Origin: Klebsormidium nitens
Lineage: Eukaryota; Plantae; Klebsormidiophyceae
Assembly (NCBI GenBank): GCA_000708835.1
Contig: DF237553.1
Coordinates: forward strand, 1 to 52,171
Direction of reading: 5' to 3'
Length of the DNA stretch: 52,171 nucleotides
The notes beneath the pieces are model-generated. The model was not told the DNA's origin, ran no database searches, and worked only from the letters and a program-made list of their open reading frames with translations. This document shows positions 47,201 to 52,171 of this stretch, piece after piece. Both the position numbers and the translations under genes were made by a program. Position 1 is the stretch's first letter; every line of letters starts with the position of its first letter.

Positions 47201-50200
47201 CGGTGCTGTAAAGCAACTAGGCTCCTCACGGCCTATCACAGTAGCTCGTGGGTCTATTGACAGATATAGGTAAGGTGGGTGTCCGGGGGTCAGACTTGCC
47301 GCTCAAAAAGACAAACAACTCGGAGAATTTGTCTCGCAAGTGGCTGCGCTTAAGAGACACCAAAGCCTGAGACCCGGCGTACTGCCGAGCCCACAATCAA
47401 GGCCGCATAAATGAAATTATGTAGAGCGAAAAAGAGATTCACGCACGGACGGCTCGAACGCCCTTGTAAGTACCAAAAACAAGACGACAATGACAAGCAG
47501 TCATCTAACGGCTGACCTGAAGAGGTTCTTTTGGCGCAGTTCAACACGGGAGGGAATGGCGACGAGCGAGACGCGCGCGGGGTTGTTGCCGGACTGCGTC
47601 TCGGGGGTGTAGAGCGCCAGCAGCGGCTCCAGGGGGGACCAGCTGAAGCTCGCCACGCCCTCCGCCTTCACCGACTTCTTGTCCAACAGGCCTGCGCGGA
47701 AACGGAGCGGAAACAGCAATCAATCGGTGATTAACTCACGAGCAACGGGGGTAGAGGAAAATATGGCAGGGGGGGTAGAGTGCAACGGCGAACGATCAAG
47801 GAGCACTCAAATTCTGATCAAACAACATATCGCTCGATCCTGTCTGGTATCCTCTGATATCCTCTGAATATTGGCTGATAAAGAAAGATCGGAGACCGTT
47901 ATTGCCACAGAAACGAAGAGGCGACCTGCATTTCCCCCAGATACAACACCCGAGCGATCTGTTCCCAACGAAGGGCATCCTTGTCGACGGTATCATCAAC
48001 GCAACAACCTAGCTAAATCCAAGCGCTTTTCCAGACCGGACCTCAGCAAGGAGGTGGAAACGAGCTCCGAATCGCCGTGCCCGCTCACCCATGTCCTTGG
48101 TGTCGTAGACGCTAATCGCGTTCTTGCCCAGCCGCGCAAAGTACTTGTCCTCCTTGCCCCCCGCCCAGTGGAAGATGGGCCACTGGATGCCCGCCACGCC
48201 CGCCGCGCCCCCCACCGCAAAGTCGTTGGCGTTCCCCGCGATCTCGCGCAGCTTCTTGCCGCTGCGGATGTCCCAGATGGACAGCGTCACCTTCTGCGTG
48301 TCGCGCGGGTTGGCCGGCTCCTGGCTGCTGTACGTCACCAGGTACTTCTCGCCGGGGCTGAAGTCCAGCAAGCGCACCTGCGGGGCGAAGAAGTCGAGCG
48401 TCAATCGTTGAGCAAATGGTTCATATAATTTGGGCGACGCAAGCTTAAGGAAAGCCAAGCTAATATGTCCAGCGTGTCAAAGACGCCGACTTGCAAAAGA
48501 TCGTCGCCCAGATCGTTCAGAAAGTTGAGAGGTAGGGTACGTGAATAACAGACAAAACAGACGCAGTTGAGACAGGATCTTCGAAGCAAACAAGACTCGA
48601 ACCGACCCTCCTGATCCAGAACGTGCTCTAAGAAGCAGCATGCTAAATTCCAGCCGCAAATGCGTGCTCACCTGTGGATGTGCAAACCGCGCAAGCCTGC
48701 CCCAGCTCTCCCCTCCCCAGATGGCCGCTCCTGGTCGATGCACTGTTGCGATGTAGCTGCCAAGAGGCGACCACTGGACAAAGCTCTCCGTCCATACCTG
48801 CACAAAGAAAGGGAAAACAAACCGCTCAAAAACAGGAAAGCTGCCTCCCTGGGCCCGGGGCAAACGGCGGTGAACTTCTGATGGCAATTGCACACTCAAG
48901 TACTGGCGAGCTAATCGTAAATGTCACTTTCAGTCGATCTGTGCTGAGACTGGTGAATGCGCTGCTTACTAGCGGGTCATCAAGCGGAGCCTATTCGAAG
49001 AGGACCCGTGGCACGAGACCTTCAGGAGCTATGCGAAACCCTTCCTTTCGAGTGACGAGCAAGATCGAGGAGATCTTGTGCTATTTAAGGTTTTCGTTAA
49101 AACTGCTGTCGCTCCTCTGATACTCAGCTCGGAGTGTCTTGGCCTTGCCAGTGAGACGGAGAAGCAACGCCCCACTCAAAGGGTAGCCAAAACGTGCTTT
49201 ACCATCCCAGCCAAGCGCACCAGAGGTGCTTGAAGCAACATAGGGCGTCGGCATGGGGCAGCCCAAAGGGTTCAACCAAGCAAAACCTCAAGATGAAAGC
49301 CCTATCCAGCAACGTTTCCATTAGGAATAAATTGAAATCACGGTGGCTGGCCCTCTTACAGGTCGGTGGTACACAAGGTCCGGCTTTCCTAGCCGTGCAT
49401 CATTCCAGTACACCTCCGTTTCTGCTGCATATCGGATCACGAACTGGTCCCGCGCCCGTTCGTCTTGCAACCACCACAGCAAATCCTCCTGCAAAACATT
49501 TGATGCGAGAATTCTTGCAAAGAGTCCTGAGCATGCTCTGCTGAGAACCACTTACTTTGCAAACGGACAGAACGAGATTATTGAAGAGACACCGGCTGGT
49601 CTCTCGAATGCAACTTTCGATCGTACAACTACATTCTCCTCGCAAAGATCAGTAGGTTGCAAAAACCAGCCTACGCGATGAGCCCTTGCAATAGGGCCAC
49701 TCAAGCATGGGGCCGTTTGGCATACGGGTTGTGCTATCCGGAGTCCCAAGCCTAGCAAATCTGAACACAACCAAGTAACCGTCACAAATCGACAATCCAT
49801 GCCTGCCCTCATGCCGGCATGTGGCAGCAGGCTTTACCTTTGTCTGGTAGGGCTTCTTCTCAGGCGCCACGTACTGGTCAGGCACCTTGGAGTACTTGTC
49901 AAAGTCGTCGAACTTGGTGACCTTGAACACGTGGTTCTTGTCCAGCTTGTACTCGTCCGTCTGCTCCTTGGTCACGTCAGCCTCCTGCGCACACCACCGT
50001 CACTACTCAGCTTTAGACCTGACTGCACTCAGAAAGAGCCCCTCTAAAACAGTGTTATGAGAATAGGAATGAGTCCTTGTGGTGCGCTATGTGTAGAACT
50101 TGGCCGCTGCAAAAAACATTTGAAGGGCACAGGGAACACAGTCTCGATGATGGAAAACTACAGCCTTCGTTGGCTCAGCAGCTCTAAAAAACAGGTCCTG

Positions 50201-51807
50201 ATTGTTTGAACTATAAGCACCACCCAACAGTCAGACGCAGACCGTGATGCCAACCCGCTCGACCTCGCACATGAAGTTTCAAGAAAGTGCGTCGGGTGTC
50301 TTGCCTGCGGCGTGTTGTACTCGATGAACGCGTAACCCTTGGACTGCTTCGTCTCCTCATCGACCGGCATCCAGAGGCCGTTCTCGCGGATGGTGCCCGT
50401 CCGCGCAAAAATCTTGCGGATGACCCCCACCAGCTTCTCGTACTTCTCGGGGGGCACCTCCGGCAGATTGTCCACCACGATGATGTTCCCAAACCCGGAC
50501 TCCGTCTCCAGATCCGGCTCGTCGTCCTCCTCCTCATCACTGCAAACGTGTCAAAATGGGAGATGAGAGATCCGTGCCCTCTACTGGCATTGGGCGGGTC
50601 GGCGTCAGATAAAAGGAGGGATTGCACGGTTTCGGACTCCGGTGGCTTTGCCTCCTGCACGGAGATGGGAATTGCTTCTTGTGAAGCGCCACAGAGCCAC
50701 AGGAATACGAGTTTTGCAGCCTCGTTTGATGGCTCAATGCGGGGTGACTTTCTGAGACGCCAGAAAAGACAGCTTCACATTCAAAAACCAATCAGTGAAC
50801 CAGGAGCCATGCTGGAAGCGTTCATTGCTGAAGCCAGTCAAGTCAGACACACAGTGCGACTTTGGATGCTAGTGGGCCATTGCTGATGGCGCCCTATCGG
50901 GCTAGTTTCACTCACAGCTGATGCCCAGATAGGACAGGTCTGCACAGAATGACTAGCTCAAACTTGTAGGCTGAAATCCGAATGGCGTCTCTGTGCCAAA
51001 TGATGCATGTTCGGGCGGGCGCTGCCTAACATGCCTCTCCAGTAGTACACATGTTGCCACCTGCTTCATGGCTTCCCTTGGATTTAACAACCGTCTGTCT
51101 TGCTGCTCAACGCTTGTTGGTGCTTGGATCACAAGCTGGGCATGCGCTGCCCATGGCAAATGAGTGCTAGTCAATGAGCTGACGGGTGCAGATAAACCCT
51201 CTGGATACACCATTACCAGCACCCATTAAAACGCAGGTATATAGAAGGCCAGCAAATTCAAGCACACCAGAAACAAGTAGACAACGAATAGCAAATCGCC
51301 TGCCAGCCTTTCCCTGCTTGATTTTCGCCGCCAAAACCAATTGCAAGTGCAAATTGCCACAACTGATGTGTACTTTTTGACTAGACTCTTAGGGGAGCTT
51401 TAACTTGCCCCGTGAGCCTCATGCACCATCGAGAGCATGGGTTCTATTACATTTACTGGCCAGCCCGATGACCTGGCCGACAACATGGCAAACAGGCAGT
51501 CAAGCGACTCAGCAGCCGGAATTGGCCCTCGTTCAGGGCATTATACTTTCCCATTGACCACCTCAGTCTGTACGAGCCACTCCCAAGGACACAAGCGGAC
51601 TGAACAGCTCTCCTATACCACTACCAGGTATGGGTGCACGGAAGGCACCCCAGAGAAGCGGCGCCCCCACCTGTGAATGCCCAGGTCGTCCCCTGGTGGC
51701 AGCTGGATCTCATCAAGGTTCACTTGGCTCCAATCAATATCCAGAGTGATATCGTCTTTTGCGGCCACCTCATGGGGTGGCGTCGGCGGTGCCATCACGT
51801 CCGCCAT
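44234..51807 (-). CDS. eIF3b: Eukaryotic translation initiation factor 3 subunit B
   Basis: RRM: NIIVVDNLPEVPPEKYEKLVGVIRKIF...KGYAFIEYNTPQEA...YKLDKNHVF. WD40 propeller: WTESFVQWSPLGSY, DFSPGEKYLVTYS, FHWAGGKEDKYFAR, ELRQKNLFSVS, VAFAWEPKG.RFA, ANALYWSPQGKF, DVDWDPTGRFV. Ends with LWRPRP and an acidic tail. About 13 exons. Confidence 0.97.
49985..50304 (-). other. Predicted GC-AG intron in eIF3b
   Basis: CCGCAG|GCAAGA ... gcgcag|GAGGCT. This phase-0 join restores the conserved NTPQ-EA motif. Confidence 0.8.
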
Positions 51808-52171
51808 CGTGGCTGAGCGATGGTGAATGAGCGAGCACCAATGACACTATAACTTGCTGAAATTGCTCGTCCTCAGGAATAGAATCGTACTTCAAAGCTG
51901 CTCCTTGTGGAGCCCCTTGAGATCAGATGATTCAAAGGAAGATCCAGCACCTCCACAGGCTTCAACTTCAAGGTTTCAAGCTTCACGAGCGCTGTTTATC
52001 GGAAATTATCCCAAATCTGAACAGCCTTCTTCCAACATCCCAGGACCCAAGTCATGCATCCCAAGTGAAGTCTGGCAGGTCGAAGGACTCCGGGGGGACT
52101 CCGGTAACGGAGCTTCAAGTGAAGCCAACGGAACCCGTCGTTACCATATACCGACTCACTTCGGAACTTAC

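Noticed and set aside
1-52171. CRISPR arrays, rRNA genes, prokaryotic operons or defence systems, intronic C/D snoRNAs
   Set aside because: I saw no regularly spaced repeats and no rRNA signatures. All genes are spliceosomal-intron eukaryotic genes. I noticed no convincing box C/D pair in the limited intronic sequence I checked (mainly eIF3b intron 1); this was not an exhaustive scan.

Overview
This is gene-dense eukaryotic nuclear DNA with GC-rich exons, many spliceosomal introns and plant-type genes. It fits a streptophyte (charophyte) green alga such as Klebsormidium; the taxon is inferred, not proven. I can build nine intron-containing genes by hand from the exons: a PTC7-type PP2C phosphatase (-), soluble starch synthase III with three CBM53 modules (+), a bacterial-type isoaspartyl dipeptidase IadA with an unexpected N-terminal signal/anchor segment (-), an unrecognised coiled-coil protein (+), Mediator subunit MED17 (+), a probably secreted DUF642/choice-of-anchor-C protein with an AP-rich linker and a (Q/E)PTGYG repeat tail (+), land-plant-type violaxanthin de-epoxidase (-), a plastid SRPBCC/polyketide-cyclase-like protein (+) and eIF3b (-). 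Non-coding features are a MITE-like inverted-repeat element, a 30-bp perfect palindrome, a tandem duplication, and intergenic islands rich in 4-bp palindromes. Most ORFs in the supplied track are antisense or intronic noise. The best leads are the possibly secreted, probably horizontally acquired IadA, the lectin-like protein with a Tyr/Gly repeat tail, and the head-to-head VDE/SRPBCC pair. Exon boundaries are manual calls without transcript support.
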